Source: Clostridiales bacterium 38-18 (lineage in GTDB: Bacteria > Bacillota > Clostridia > Peptostreptococcales > Acidaminobacteraceae). Taken from it: 32,000 nucleotides of DNA. The position numbers and the translations under genes are program-made. The stretch is from positions 1,030 through 33,029 of the forward strand of contig MKTL01000022.1 in the NCBI GenBank assembly GCA_001897605.1, given 5' to 3'. Under the pieces are notes generated by a model that made no database searches, had not been told where the DNA came from, and saw only the letters and a program-made list of their open reading frames with translations. Position 1 is the stretch's first letter, and each line of letters starts with the position of its first letter. This document shows, piece after piece, positions 8,098 to 17,341 of the stretch.

Positions 8098-9006
8098 ATG
8101 ATCACTGTAGTCGGTGTGAGATTTAAAAAAGCCGGTAAGATATATTATTTTGATCCATTAGAGGTACCCGTTAATCAAGGTGACCATGTCATCGTTGAGA
8201 CAGCAAGAGGTATTGAATATGGTGAGTGTGTCATCGGTAAAAGAGAGATTCCAGAGGAGCAAATTGTGAGTCCTCTTAAACCTGTTTTAAGGGTTTCCAC
8301 AACGGAAGATGATGAGAATCATCATAACAATAAAACGAAAGCCCAAGAGGCGATGAAGGTCTGTTTAGAAAAGATAAAGGCTCATGAGCTGGATATGAAG
8401 CTCATTGATGTAGAATATACTTTTGATAATAATAAAGTTATCTTCTACTTTACTGCGGATGGACGAATTGACTTTAGAGAACTCGTTAAAGATTTAGCTG
8501 CTATTTTTAGAACGAGAATCGAGCTTCGCCAAATTGGTGTAAGAGATGAGTCTAAAATGGTAAAGGGTCTTGGTCCATGTGGTCGAGAAATTTGCTGTGG
8601 TAGCTGGTTAGGAGATTTTGCACCTGTATCCATTAAGATGGCAAAGGATCAAAACTTATCCCTCAATCCGGTTAAGATCTCTGGTCTATGTGGTCGTTTG
8701 ATGTGCTGCTTAAAGTACGAGTACGATACGTATGTACAGATTAGAGTAGGTATGCCAAATAGAGGCGATAAGGTTAAGACTCCTGATGGACTTGCAATCG
8801 TTGTTGATACAAACATTTTACTTGAGCAGGTTAAGGTGCGTCACCAGCTAAAAGACAAACCGAATGAGTTAAGTGAGGACATTATTCCTTATCACAAAGA
8901 GCAAATCAAAGTGGTAGAGGTGAATAAGAACGCTGCACATTCAAATTCTTCACTGCCAGTAGATGGTCCTATCGATTATAGAGAACTCAAGAAGCTTGAA
9001 GATTAA
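8098..9006 (+). CDS. ricT: PSP1-domain protein RicT/YaaT (RNase Y regulatory Ric complex component)
   Basis: The ATG directly follows the holB stop. Motifs IYYFDP, ARGIEYGE and the Cys cluster GPCGREICC...GLCGRLMCCLKYE are present. Confidence 0.85.
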   Translation: MITVVGVRFKKAGKIYYFDPLEVPVNQGDHVIVETARGIEYGECVIGKREIPEEQIVSPLKPVLRVSTTEDDENHHNNKTKAQEAMKVCLEKIKAHELDMKLIDVEYTFDNNKVIFYFTADGRIDFRELVKDLAAIFRTRIELRQIGVRDESKMVKGLGPCGREICCGSWLGDFAPVSIKMAKDQNLSLNPVKISGLCGRLMCCLKYEYDTYVQIRVGMPNRGDKVKTPDGLAIVVDTNILLEQVKVRHQLKDKPNELSEDIIPYHKEQIKVVEVNKNAAHSNSSLPVDGPIDYRELKKLED

Positions 9007-9136
9007 ATTATCTTTAAATCTGAGTAGATTGAATAATAATTAAGTTTAGGTATAAACACATCCAAGTCTATACTAAATCTTAGTATATGAAAGCTGAGTT
9101 ATAGTTACATGATATAATTAAGTATTTTAAAGCTAG

Positions 9137-9165
9137 ACGTTTTGGGTTTCCCAAAACGTTTTGTT
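9137..9165 (+). terminator. Strong rho-independent terminator after ricT
   Basis: ACGTTTTGGG (9137-9146) pairs with CCCAAAACGT (9150-9159) around a 3-nt loop, followed by TTTGTT. Confidence 0.7.
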
Positions 9166-9188
9166 ATATGTTTGAGTAGGAGAAAAAA

Positions 9189-9977
9189 ATGTTAGATCGC
9201 GGAAGTGAAGCTTATTTAAAACCGCATGAGAGAATAGATGATTTACAGCTTAAGGGACTTAAGATCATACAAAATCCGGAGGGATTTTGCTTTGGAATCG
9301 ATGCGGTTCTTCTGAGTAACTTTATAAAAACCAAGAAGAATGATTTTGTGGTGGAGTTTGGAACAGGTACAGGCATCATTCCTATTTTATTAAGTGGAAA
9401 AGCCAATTTTAATCAATTGGTGGCGTTTGAGGTTCAAGAGCCTGTAGCAGATATGGCAACCAGAAGTGTACAGATGAATGGTCTTGAAGACCGTTTAACC
9501 ATAATCAATGATAATTTAATCAACGCAAGTCAACATGTGCCAAATGGCTCAGTAAATGTTGTTTTTTCTAATCCCCCATATATGTCAGGTGAAGGCGGAT
9601 TGAAAAATGAAGGCGAGCTTAAAACCATTTCGCGTCACGAGATATATTGTACGCTAGAGGACATAGTAAAAACAGCATCCAAGCTGTTGCAATTCAGAGG
9701 TCGCTTTTATATGATTCATAGGCCCAATCGCATGGTTGATATATTAACACTGTGTCGTACGTATAAGCTAGAGCCAAAAGAAATTCGCATGATTCAGCCT
9801 TATGTAGGCAAGCGACCAAATCTGTTTTTAATCATGTGTTCAAAGGGCGGTCAACCCGATCTTAAATTTCTCGACCCTTTAGTAGTATATAATCAGGATG
9901 GGTCATATACTGATGAAATTTATGAGATTTATCAGTCTGAAAATATTGATGTGTTTAAACGTGAGGAAGCATTATGA
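9189..9977 (+). CDS. trmN6: tRNA1(Val) (adenine37-N6)-methyltransferase (YabB/TrmN6 family)
   Basis: A SAM fold (VEFGTGTG) and the N6-adenine MTase motif FSNPPYM, with synteny upstream of rsmI. Confidence 0.8.
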   Translation: MLDRGSEAYLKPHERIDDLQLKGLKIIQNPEGFCFGIDAVLLSNFIKTKKNDFVVEFGTGTGIIPILLSGKANFNQLVAFEVQEPVADMATRSVQMNGLEDRLTIINDNLINASQHVPNGSVNVVFSNPPYMSGEGGLKNEGELKTISRHEIYCTLEDIVKTASKLLQFRGRFYMIHRPNRMVDILTLCRTYKLEPKEIRMIQPYVGKRPNLFLIMCSKGGQPDLKFLDPLVVYNQDGSYTDEIYEIYQSENIDVFKREEAL

Positions 9978-10804
9978 TGGGAAAACTGTATCTTTGTGGG
10001 ACACCAATAGGTAATTTAGAGGATATTACATTTCGAGCACTTAGAATTCTAAAAGAGGTTGATGTGGTTTATGCAGAAGATACGCGACACTCTATTCGTT
10101 TGTTAAATCACTTTGAAATTTCAAAACCCCTTCATAGCTATCACGAGCATAATCAAGAAAAAGCAGGCAAAGAAATCATCGAGAAAATAAAAAATGGGGA
10201 TCAAATCGCATTGATTACTGATGCTGGGATGCCAGGGATTTCAGATCCTGGTCATGATTTGGTAAAACTTTGTATAACTGAAGAGATTCCATTTGAGGTT
10301 GTACCAGGTGTAACCGCATTTACCACAGCACTTGTCGGCTCGGGGCTTCCTACAGACCGTTTTGCCTTCGAGGGGTTTTTATCAAGAGATAAGAAACAGA
10401 AAAAACAAATTTTAGAACGAATTAAGCGTGAAACCAGAACTCTGATTTTTTATGAGTCACCCCATCGCTTTAAGGACACACTCAAGCAAATGTTTGACAT
10501 TTTGGGCGAACGTGAGGTAGTGGTTGCAAGAGAGCTGACGAAAAAGTTTGAGGAGTATAGGCATGGATCTTTTGAGTCTTTAATCGCATATTACTCAGAG
10601 AATGAAATTCGTGGCGAGATCGTCTTGATTGTCTCTGGAAGTGCTGAAGGTGAAGAGGCGGAAGTGAGTTTTGATCCAGAAATCTCTATCGAAGCACATG
10701 TGAATTCATTTGTGGAAGGCGGTATGGATAAGAAAGAGGCGATGAAAAAGGTTGCCGTTCTTAGGGGATTGAAAAAGTCGGAGGTGTATAAAGCCTTGCT
10801 ATAG
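9974..10804 (+). CDS. rsmI: 16S rRNA (cytidine1402-2'-O)-methyltransferase
   Basis: Motifs LYLCGTPIGNLEDIT, EDTR and DAGMPGISDPG. It shares an ATGA overlap with the trmN6 stop. Confidence 0.9.
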   Translation: MMGKLYLCGTPIGNLEDITFRALRILKEVDVVYAEDTRHSIRLLNHFEISKPLHSYHEHNQEKAGKEIIEKIKNGDQIALITDAGMPGISDPGHDLVKLCITEEIPFEVVPGVTAFTTALVGSGLPTDRFAFEGFLSRDKKQKKQILERIKRETRTLIFYESPHRFKDTLKQMFDILGEREVVVARELTKKFEEYRHGSFESLIAYYSENEIRGEIVLIVSGSAEGEEAEVSFDPEISIEAHVNSFVEGGMDKKEAMKKVAVLRGLKKSEVYKALL

Positions 10805-10895
10805 CGATAAAGTGTTGCTGTAGTTTATAGGTGTTCTGTAATGTCTTCAGGCATTGAGCCTTTAGATTTACCGCAAGAGAGATTGTGGCTTAATT

Positions 10896-10927
10896 AAAAA
10901 ATCCCAGAGAAATCTGGGATTTATTTT
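10896..10927. terminator. Bidirectional terminator between rsmI and the convergent abrB
   Basis: ATCCCAGA (10901-10908) pairs with TCTGGGAT (10913-10920), with an A-run upstream and a T-run downstream. Confidence 0.8.
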
Positions 10928-10955
10928 GGAAATTCTTAAGTTGATGTGTAAAATT

Positions 10956-11198
10956 CTATAAGTCTTTAATCTCATCTACACATGCCGGGCAAATATTTTT
11001 ACCTTTAACGTTTTTAACGCCTTTTGCCTGACCACAGAAAATACAAGCTGGCTCGTATTTTTTGAGGATAATCGTTTCACCTTCAGTGAAAATTTCAAGT
11101 GCATCCTTTTCACCGATAGTGAGTGTTCTTCTAAGCTCGATAGGAATAACCACTCTACCTAGCTCATCGACTTTTCTTACAATTCCTGTCGATTTCAT
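10956..11198 (-). CDS. abrB: Transition-state regulator AbrB (SpoVT/AbrB swapped-hairpin domain)
   Basis: The N-terminus MKSTGIVRKVDELGRVVIPIELRRTL is nearly identical to B. subtilis AbrB. The C-terminus carries CIFCG...CPAC, as I recall for clostridial AbrB. Confidence 0.9.
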   Translation of the reverse strand: MKSTGIVRKVDELGRVVIPIELRRTLTIGEKDALEIFTEGETIILKKYEPACIFCGQAKGVKNVKGKNICPACVDEIKDL

Positions 11199-11242
11199 AA
11201 TAAGATACCTCCTAAGACATTTAATGACATTTCCATAGACTC

Positions 11243-11271
11243 ATCATAGACCAATCTTTTCCAAAAGTCAA
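11243..11271 (-). promoter_or_regulatory. Candidate sigma-A promoter of abrB
   Basis: On the minus strand: TTGACT (complement of 11266-11271), a 17-nt spacer, then TATGAT (complement of 11243-11248). Confidence 0.5.
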
Positions 11272-11317
11272 CGGAAGTACCAAAAAAAAGAAACTCAGGA
11301 AAACCAAATATTATACT

Positions 11318-11800
11318 CTAAGAACTAACGCCATCACCTGTATTTTCCTTGCTTGTAGCGTTTTCGATCACGTCGTTAACCTCGTCCACAGCCTCTCTAA
11401 GGTCATTCATTTTGCCACTAAAGTACTTATCGTATAGGACTTTACCGATAGAAAGCGTGTGTAAAAGTGATGAGAGTCCACTGACAAAGCCTTTGTTTTC
11501 GTTAATGGTGCCTGTAACCGATTCTGCTGTACTTGCAACGTTGTCTACAGTCGTTCTAAAGGCTTGTACATCATGTGCCACTTCACCAGTGATCACTTCG
11601 ATATGCTTAGATAAATCAGGTACAATTTCTAAAGTTGCATCGATTTTTGATCTATTTTCGTCGACGATTAGGTTGACACTTTTCATAATTTTAAGTGCGC
11701 GTCTTACGACCAATATTAAATAAACGAACAAGGTTACAAGTGCGCCCCATAGTATAAATAATAAAAGATCCTTGACGGTGATGACCAATTCGTTATTCAT
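11318..11800 (-). CDS. Membrane-anchored coiled-coil protein, DUF948/YtxG-like
   Basis: 160 aa. An N-terminal TM segment (LLLFILWGALVTLFVYLILVV) is followed by a helical region. The family assignment is from memory. Confidence 0.6.
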   Translation of the reverse strand: MNNELVITVKDLLLFILWGALVTLFVYLILVVRRALKIMKSVNLIVDENRSKIDATLEIVPDLSKHIEVITGEVAHDVQAFRTTVDNVASTAESVTGTINENKGFVSGLSSLLHTLSIGKVLYDKYFSGKMNDLREAVDEVNDVIENATSKENTGDGVSS

Positions 11801-11912
11801 AGTCCCTCCTGTGTTGATATGTTACGATTATTATACATCAATTATCGGTATTTCTAAACAGTGGAATCAAAAAAACAAAAGGACACACCCAGCGATATGC
11901 CTTAAGATTGTT

Positions 11913-12305
11913 TTATCTTACTTTAAATTCTTGATTGTTAATGACAATTTTGTTGGCATCGATAAATAATGATGAATCATTGATACTTACTGCAAAATTA
12001 GGAATAGAAACAAACGCTTCATCCTCTGATTTGGCATGAGCTGCAGAAAATTCTCCAAAGCCATATAGGTCATAAGAAATCGAATTCAGGTTTTCACCTT
12101 TTATCTGCATATCAGATGGTAAATCGTGATCGATATAGTAAAAAGCCTTTACATCTTCAAAGACAATTTCAGCTTGTTCTATATGATCATCTATTGATTT
12201 GTTGCTTATAGCAACAGATATTTTATCAAAATCCATATCAAAGTTAATAGCGTTTATGGTTCCCCTAGAGTAAGTGTCTAAAATAGGATGAAAACTATTT
12301 GACAT
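11913..12305 (-). CDS. Hypothetical 130-aa acidic protein
   Basis: Tracked ORF 11913..12383. AAGAGGTG lies just upstream of the ATG at 12305 (MSNSFHPILDTYS...). I recognise no family. Confidence 0.55.
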   Translation of the reverse strand: MSNSFHPILDTYSRGTINAINFDMDFDKISVAISNKSIDDHIEQAEIVFEDVKAFYYIDHDLPSDMQIKGENLNSISYDLYGFGEFSAAHAKSEDEAFVSIPNFAVSINDSSLFIDANKIVINNQEFKVR

Positions 12306-12411
12306 GTGCACCTCTTTCTTCTTAAATTCAACATGCTGTAAAACTAGTATATTAATATCATATAATACGTCGCTAATCAACACCTTTTTAAAATGTTACA
12401 AATATTTTAGG

Positions 12412-12440
12412 TTGAACTTTCTCTTCAACTGTGTTAAAAT
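12412..12440 (+). promoter_or_regulatory. Sigma-A promoter driving the metG T-box leader
   Basis: TTGAAC (12412-12417), a 17-nt spacer, then the extended -10 TGtTAAAAT (12432-12440). Confidence 0.6.
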
Positions 12441-12449
12441 CGCAAATAT

Positions 12450-12705
12450 AAAAGGTAATGATAGGAAGAGTAACTTTTAGCTCGAGCATAGAGAGCCTGC
12501 GGTTGGTGTAAGTAGGTGTCGATTAGAAGGTGAAGATGGCCCTTGAACCGAAGATGTGAATGATTAGCATTTTCCGGATTTGTACACGTTATCGTACAGT
12601 TGATTGTTGGATCAACATGAGGAGATTATAGTGATGTAATCTTGAATTAGGGTGGTAACACGAGCTGACTTCGTCCCTTTGGGGGTCGAGGTTTTTTGTT
12701 TTTTT
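12450..12705 (+). promoter_or_regulatory. T-box riboswitch leader, Met specifier (AUG)
   Basis: Stem I elements are GAAGAGTA, AGAGAG and the distal GGTTGGTGTAAG. The specifier context is GAAG-ATG-G (ATG at 12536-12538). The T-box sequence AATTAGGGTGGTAACACGAG is at 12645-12664. The terminator helix spans 12668-12692 and is followed by a T-run. Confidence 0.9.
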
Positions 12706-12850
12706 GATAGTTGTATTTCAAACAGGCTGAGATCATTTTATGCGAATTTTGAGTTGAATTTTCATTTCACAATGATAGAATTTAGTACCGTGATAGAATT
12801 TAGTAAATATAGAGAATAATAATTAATGAAATTGAAAGGTAGGCGATTTT

Positions 12851-14812
12851 ATGTCAAAAGGAACTTATTATGTAACCACACCGATTTATTATCCAAGCTC
12901 AAAGCTTCACATCGGACACACCTATACGACTGTAGCAGCTGATGCGATCGCGAGATACAAAAGAGTAACGGGTTATGACGTTATGTTTTTAACTGGAACA
13001 GATGAGCATGGCCAAAAGATTCAAAACGTTGCAGAGGGCAAAGGTCTTCATCCTAAAGCTTTTTTAGATGAGGTTGTAGGAGAGATCAAAAAACTATGGG
13101 AGACCATGGAAATTTCTTACGATCATTTTATTCGTACTACGGATGATGAGCATGAAAGAAGAGTATCTCAAATCTTTAAGCATTTGTACGACAAAGGCGA
13201 TATCTATAAAGGAGAATACGAAGGCTTATACTGTACGCCATGTGAGTCGTTTTGGACTGAGTCTCAATTAAAAGATGGCAATTGTCCTGATTGCGGTAGA
13301 CCGGTACAAAGTACAAAAGAAGAAGCGTATTTCTTTAAATTATCAAAATATCAAGATCGTCTTTTAGAGCTCTTTGAATCAAATCCAGAAATACTTGAAC
13401 CAAAATCTCGTATCAATGAGATGGTCAATAATTTTATCAAACCAGGTCTAGAAGACTTATGTGTGTCAAGATCAACCTTCAACTGGGGCATTCCAGTACC
13501 AATGGATAACGATCACGTCATCTATGTCTGGATCGACGCACTTAGCAACTATATTACTGCTCTTGGCTATCCAGAAGAGACAGAAGGTAACTTTGCTAAG
13601 TTTTGGCCAGCTGACGTGCATTTGGTGGGTAAGGAAATCGTTAGATTCCACACGATTATTTGGTTCTCTATCTTAATGGCACTTGAGATACCATTACCTA
13701 AGAAAGTATTTGGTCACGGCTGGATTCTATTAGAGGGTGGTAAAATGTCGAAATCCGTTGGTAATATCGTTGATCCTGTCGTATTAATTGAAAGATATGG
13801 TGTTGATGCACTTAAGTATTTCTTGTTGAGAGAGTATACTTTTGGACAAGATGGTCTTTTTACCAATGAAGTTCTTCTTAACAGAATCAATGCTGACTTA
13901 GCCAACGATTTAGGCAACCTTGTATCAAGAACCATTTCAATGGTTGAAAAATATCGCGAAGGTATCGTGCCAAGTGCAAGCGATGCAACTGATTTTGATG
14001 TGGATCTAAAGCTTGTAGCGACTTCAGCGAGCAATCTTGTAGATAAAAAATTAGACAATCTTGATTTTTCAGGTGCACTTGAAGAAATTTGGAAGGTCGT
14101 AAGAAGAACAAATAAATATATCGATGAAACAATGCCTTGGGCACTTGCTAAAGAAGAAGTGTTAGCAGGAAAACTCGATACAGTATTATATAACCTCGTT
14201 GAAAGTATCCGATTGATTTCTGCGTTAATTCAACCTTTCTTGATTCATACTTCAAGAAAAATCTGGGAGCAGCTCGGTATCAAAGAGGGCGAGTTAACCG
14301 TATGGGACACAACCTATCAGTTTGGACTCTATCCAGTTGGAACAAAAGTACAAAAGGGCGAAGCACTTTTCCCAAGAATTGATGTTAAGCTTGAACTTGA
14401 AGCTTTAGAGGAACTAAGTAGACAAGCAAAAGAAACAGCGGCTGGTGCTTCAAAGGAAGCGGAGGCAGTTGAGGCACCTTCTATACCTTTAAAACCAGAA
14501 ATTACAATAGACGACTTCGCTAAAGTGGATTTAAGAGTGGCAAAAGTAATCGCTGCTAAACCACATCCAGATGCCAATAAACTTTTAATTTTAACTTTAA
14601 AAGTTGGAAATGAGGAGAGACAGGTCGTTTCAGGAATCGCTAAAAATTACAAGCCTGAAGAGCTAGTGGGAATGGACGTCATCGTTGTGGCGAACTTAAA
14701 ACCAGTTAAGCTAAGAGGAGAGTTGTCACAAGGTATGATTCTCGCAGCGACTAGTGGTGAAAAGCTAACGCTTGTAACTGCTGATATCGAAGATGGTAGT
14801 ACGGTATCTTAA
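12851..14812 (+). CDS. metG: Methionyl-tRNA synthetase with a C-terminal EMAP/Trbp111-like tRNA-binding domain
   Basis: A HIGH-type motif (KLHIGHTY), KMSKS, the Zn knuckle CTPCE...CPDCG, and a C-terminal DLRVAKV...[10 protein letters not shown]-fold. Confidence 0.95.
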   Translation: MSKGTYYVTTPIYYPSSKLHIGHTYTTVAADAIARYKRVTGYDVMFLTGTDEHGQKIQNVAEGKGLHPKAFLDEVVGEIKKLWETMEISYDHFIRTTDDEHERRVSQIFKHLYDKGDIYKGEYEGLYCTPCESFWTESQLKDGNCPDCGRPVQSTKEEAYFFKLSKYQDRLLELFESNPEILEPKSRINEMVNNFIKPGLEDLCVSRSTFNWGIPVPMDNDHVIYVWIDALSNYITALGYPEETEGNFAKFWPADVHLVGKEIVRFHTIIWFSILMALEIPLPKKVFGHGWILLEGGKMSKSVGNIVDPVVLIERYGVDALKYFLLREYTFGQDGLFTNEVLLNRINADLANDLGNLVSRTISMVEKYREGIVPSASDATDFDVDLKLVATSASNLVDKKLDNLDFSGALEEIWKVVRRTNKYIDETMPWALAKEEVLAGKLDTVLYNLVESIRLISALIQPFLIHTSRKIWEQLGIKEGELTVWDTTYQFGLYPVGTKVQKGEALFPRIDVKLELEALEELSRQAKETAAGASKEAEAVEAPSIPLKPEITIDDFAKVDLRVAKVIAAKPHPDANKLLILTLKVGNEERQVVSGIAKNYKPEELVGMDVIVVANLKPVKLRGELSQGMILAATSGEKLTLVTADIEDGSTVS

Positions 14813-14831
14813 GAGGTTAGTAATGTGTCTT

Positions 14832-14888
14832 AATTAGAAAAAGAATTTAAATTAGTAAAAAGAACTTAAATTAGTAAAAAGAACTTAA
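14832..14888. repeat. Three tandem copies of a 19-bp AT-rich unit
   Basis: AATTAGAAAAAGAATTTAA, ATTAGTAAAAAGAACTTAA and ATTAGTAAAAAGAACTTAA occupy 14832-50, 14851-69 and 14870-88. Confidence 0.85.
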
Positions 14889-14896
14889 TGTTGAAA

Positions 14897-14933
14897 CGCC
14901 CCCGTTATTCATATGGGGGTATTTCTTTTTTTA
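14897..14933 (+). terminator. metG terminator
   Basis: CCCCC (14899-14903) pairs with GGGGG (14915-14919), followed by TATTTCTTTTTTT. Confidence 0.6.
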
Positions 14934-14982
14934 TGAGATTAAGGCATAATATAATAAGTAGATAAATTTTTTTTTAAAGATG

Positions 14983-15010
14983 TTGACTGTATTAGAAATA
15001 TTAATAATAT
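14983..15010 (+). promoter_or_regulatory. Candidate promoter for the tatD-rnmV-rsmA operon
   Basis: TTGACT (14983-14988), a 16-nt spacer, then TAATAT (15005-15010). Confidence 0.4.
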
Positions 15011-15102
15011 TGAATGAAAACACCTATTTAGAGGGTTAATTGTATCTAATAGCGTGTTTGAAAGTTATATATCGAAGATTTGGTTATGAATTGGAGGTAA
15101 AC

Positions 15103-15873
15103 GTGTTTTTTGATTCACATTCCCACTTAGACGCGAGTCAGTTTGATGATGACCGCGAGTTAATGATCAAGAGAACGCAGCTCAATCAAATAGATTTTAT
15201 TTTAAATCCTGGCGCAGATTTACCATCGAGTCAAAAGGCAGTTGAACTCGCAAATCGCTACCCTTTTATCTATGCTGCAGTAGGTATTCATCCGCATGAT
15301 GTCGAGATGATGACAGAAGAAATGCTCTCTGAGATTGAAACGCTTGCTCAAAATCCTAAAGTTAAAGCGATCGGTGAAATTGGACTGGATTATTATAGAG
15401 ATTTATCCCCAAGAGAGCTTCAAAAGAAATGGTTTATAGAGCAGCTTAGATTGGCTAAAAAGCTAAATCTACCTGTCGTTATTCACGATAGAGATGCCAA
15501 CGAGGATGTGCTAAAAATATTAAAGGAAGAGCGCCAGTTTGAGACTGGGGTATTGATGCATTGTTATTCTGGTAGTAAGGAGCTGGCATTGCAATACGTT
15601 AAGCTTGGGGCATATATATCTATAGCGGGACCACTTACCTATAAGAATGCTAGAAAAACGGTTGAGGTCGTTGAAGCTGTCCCTGTAGATCGACTTATGA
15701 TTGAAACAGATGCACCCTATTTAACACCAGAACCGTACAGAGGCAAGAGAAATGAACCAATGTATGTTCGCCACACCTGTCAAAGAATGGCGAATATTAA
15801 AGGGGTTTATTTAGAAGAAATGGCCCAAATAACCAAGGAAAATGCAATGCGATTTTTTAATATAAACGAGTAG
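15103..15873 (+). CDS. tatD: TatD-family metal-dependent hydrolase/DNase (YabD)
   Basis: The GTG start at 15103 lies behind GGAGG (15093-15097). Motifs FFDSHSHLD, GEIGLDY, VIHDRDA and ETDAPYL are present. Confidence 0.9.
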   Translation: MFFDSHSHLDASQFDDDRELMIKRTQLNQIDFILNPGADLPSSQKAVELANRYPFIYAAVGIHPHDVEMMTEEMLSEIETLAQNPKVKAIGEIGLDYYRDLSPRELQKKWFIEQLRLAKKLNLPVVIHDRDANEDVLKILKEERQFETGVLMHCYSGSKELALQYVKLGAYISIAGPLTYKNARKTVEVVEAVPVDRLMIETDAPYLTPEPYRGKRNEPMYVRHTCQRMANIKGVYLEEMAQITKENAMRFFNINE

Positions 15874-15898
15874 CCATAATGGGCTAGAAAGAGAGTCT

Positions 15899-16444
15899 AT
15901 GGAACAAATTAAAGAGACGATTGTCGTAGAGGGTAAAGACGACGAAGCGGCAGTCAAAAAAGCATTAAAATGCAATATCATTACAACCAGTGGTTTTGGA
16001 TTGAATGAAAAGATTTTTAAACAGATTGAGTATGCAGCAAAGACCACGGGAATCATTATTTTTACTGACCCAGATCATGCTGGTGAAAGAATTAGAGAAC
16101 GCATCGCAAAGCGTTGTCCTAACTGTAAGCATGCGTTTTTAAGTCGAGAAGATGCTGAGTACAAGGGCGATATCGGGATAGAGAATGCTTCTCCTGAGAG
16201 TATTTTAGATGCACTTTCAAAAGTTAGAACTTTAATAGAGATCTCTGAAGTATCATTTACTAAGCAGGATATGATTACACTTGAGCTTGAGGGCTATCCA
16301 CATTCTGCAGTGCTTAGAAATAAGATGGGTAAAGTGCTTGGCATCGGCTACTGCAATGCAAAACAATTTTTAAATCGACTCAATCACTATGGCGTTACAA
16401 GACAAGAGTTCATTGACGCTTATGAAATTATTACTAAAGAGTGA
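15899..16444 (+). CDS. rnmV: Ribonuclease M5 (5S rRNA maturase, TOPRIM domain)
   Basis: Motifs IVVEGKDD and FTDPDHAGERIR, with synteny directly upstream of rsmA. Confidence 0.9.
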   Translation: MEQIKETIVVEGKDDEAAVKKALKCNIITTSGFGLNEKIFKQIEYAAKTTGIIIFTDPDHAGERIRERIAKRCPNCKHAFLSREDAEYKGDIGIENASPESILDALSKVRTLIEISEVSFTKQDMITLELEGYPHSAVLRNKMGKVLGIGYCNAKQFLNRLNHYGVTRQEFIDAYEIITKE

Positions 16445-16450
16445 GGCATT

Positions 16451-17341
16451 ATGGATAGATTAACGTCACCAAGAACGATTAAATACATTATGGAGAAATA
16501 CGGCTTTCACTTTAGTAAAAGCTTAGGTCAAAACTTTATCATCGATGATCATGTAATCGAGCGAATTATTGATGGTGCAGAGGTTGGAGGAGAGGACGTT
16601 GTTCTTGAAATTGGTCCTGGTATTGGCGTTTTGACCAATGCTCTTTGCGAATCTGCTCAAAAGGTTGTGAGTATTGAAATTGATAAATCGCTTATACCTG
16701 TATTAGGAGAAACGGTTGGACATCATGATAACCTTAAGATAGTCAATCAAGATGTTCTAAAGACAGACGTTAAAGCATTGATTAAAGAAGAGTTTGGCGA
16801 TAGAAAACCAAAATTGATTGCCAATCTACCATATTATGTTACGACACCAATTATTATGCTCTTTCTCGAAGAGCGTATCCCTATAAGCGATTTGATCGTT
16901 ATGATACAAAAGGAAGTTGCAGATCGTATCGTTGCAGGGCCAGGAACGAAAGCTTATGGTGCTTTATCAGTAGTGGTTCAGTACTTTACGGAGCCGAGCA
17001 TCGTTACAAGAGTTTCCAGAGGGTCTTTTATGCCGATGCCGAACGTTGATTCAACGGTTATTCGACTTAATGTAAGAGAAAACCCGCCGGTGACGCTATT
17101 AGATGAGGAAGTGTTTTTCCTTACCATAAAAGATGCATTTGGAAAAAGAAGAAAAACATTGTTGAATGCATTGTCTTCTGGTTTCTTAAAGCTCACCAAA
17201 GAGCAAACCAAATTGGCGCTAGCTGAAGTTGGAATACCTGAAAATATGCGTGGTGAAGTGTTGACGATAGACGAATTTGCTAGTTTAGCCAATGCGATTG
17301 CAAAGATTAAAGGAGCAACAAATGGAGCAGATAACACTTAG
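16451..17341 (+). CDS. rsmA: 16S rRNA (adenine1518/1519-N6)-dimethyltransferase
   Basis: Motifs KSLGQNFI, LEIGPGIGVLT and NLPYYVTTPI. Confidence 0.95.
   Translation: MDRLTSPRTIKYIMEKYGFHFSKSLGQNFIIDDHVIERIIDGAEVGGEDVVLEIGPGIGVLTNALCESAQKVVSIEIDKSLIPVLGETVGHHDNLKIVNQDVLKTDVKALIKEEFGDRKPKLIANLPYYVTTPIIMLFLEERIPISDLIVMIQKEVADRIVAGPGTKAYGALSVVVQYFTEPSIVTRVSRGSFMPMPNVDSTVIRLNVRENPPVTLLDEEVFFLTIKDAFGKRRKTLLNALSSGFLKLTKEQTKLALAEVGIPENMRGEVLTIDEFASLANAIAKIKGATNGADNT

Noticed and set aside
11349-11723. 124-aa plus-strand ORF antisense to the DUF948-like gene.
   Set aside because: It is embedded antisense in a better-supported CDS with no RBS or promoter context. The same reasoning applies to 13714..14058, 13887..14144 and 14329..14577 (metG), 16978..17337 (rsmA), 21011..21379 (tyrS), 27617..27887 and 28181..28864 (pepV), and 31598..31831 (purA).
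11772-11969. 65-aa plus-strand ORF spanning the gap between the two minus-strand genes.
   Set aside because: It overlaps both flanking CDS ends, has no RBS, and its composition looks like a random AT-rich frame.
15040-15102. Long N-terminal extensions given in the ORF track. Examples are tatD from 15040, the 130-aa gene from 12383, SLT from 23328, the decarboxylase from 4731, galU from 26605, degV from 17883 and the GNAT from 17292.
   Set aside because: In each case an internal start with a proper Shine-Dalgarno at 5-9 nt matches the conserved family N-terminus. The extensions run through promoters, hairpins or neighbouring genes.
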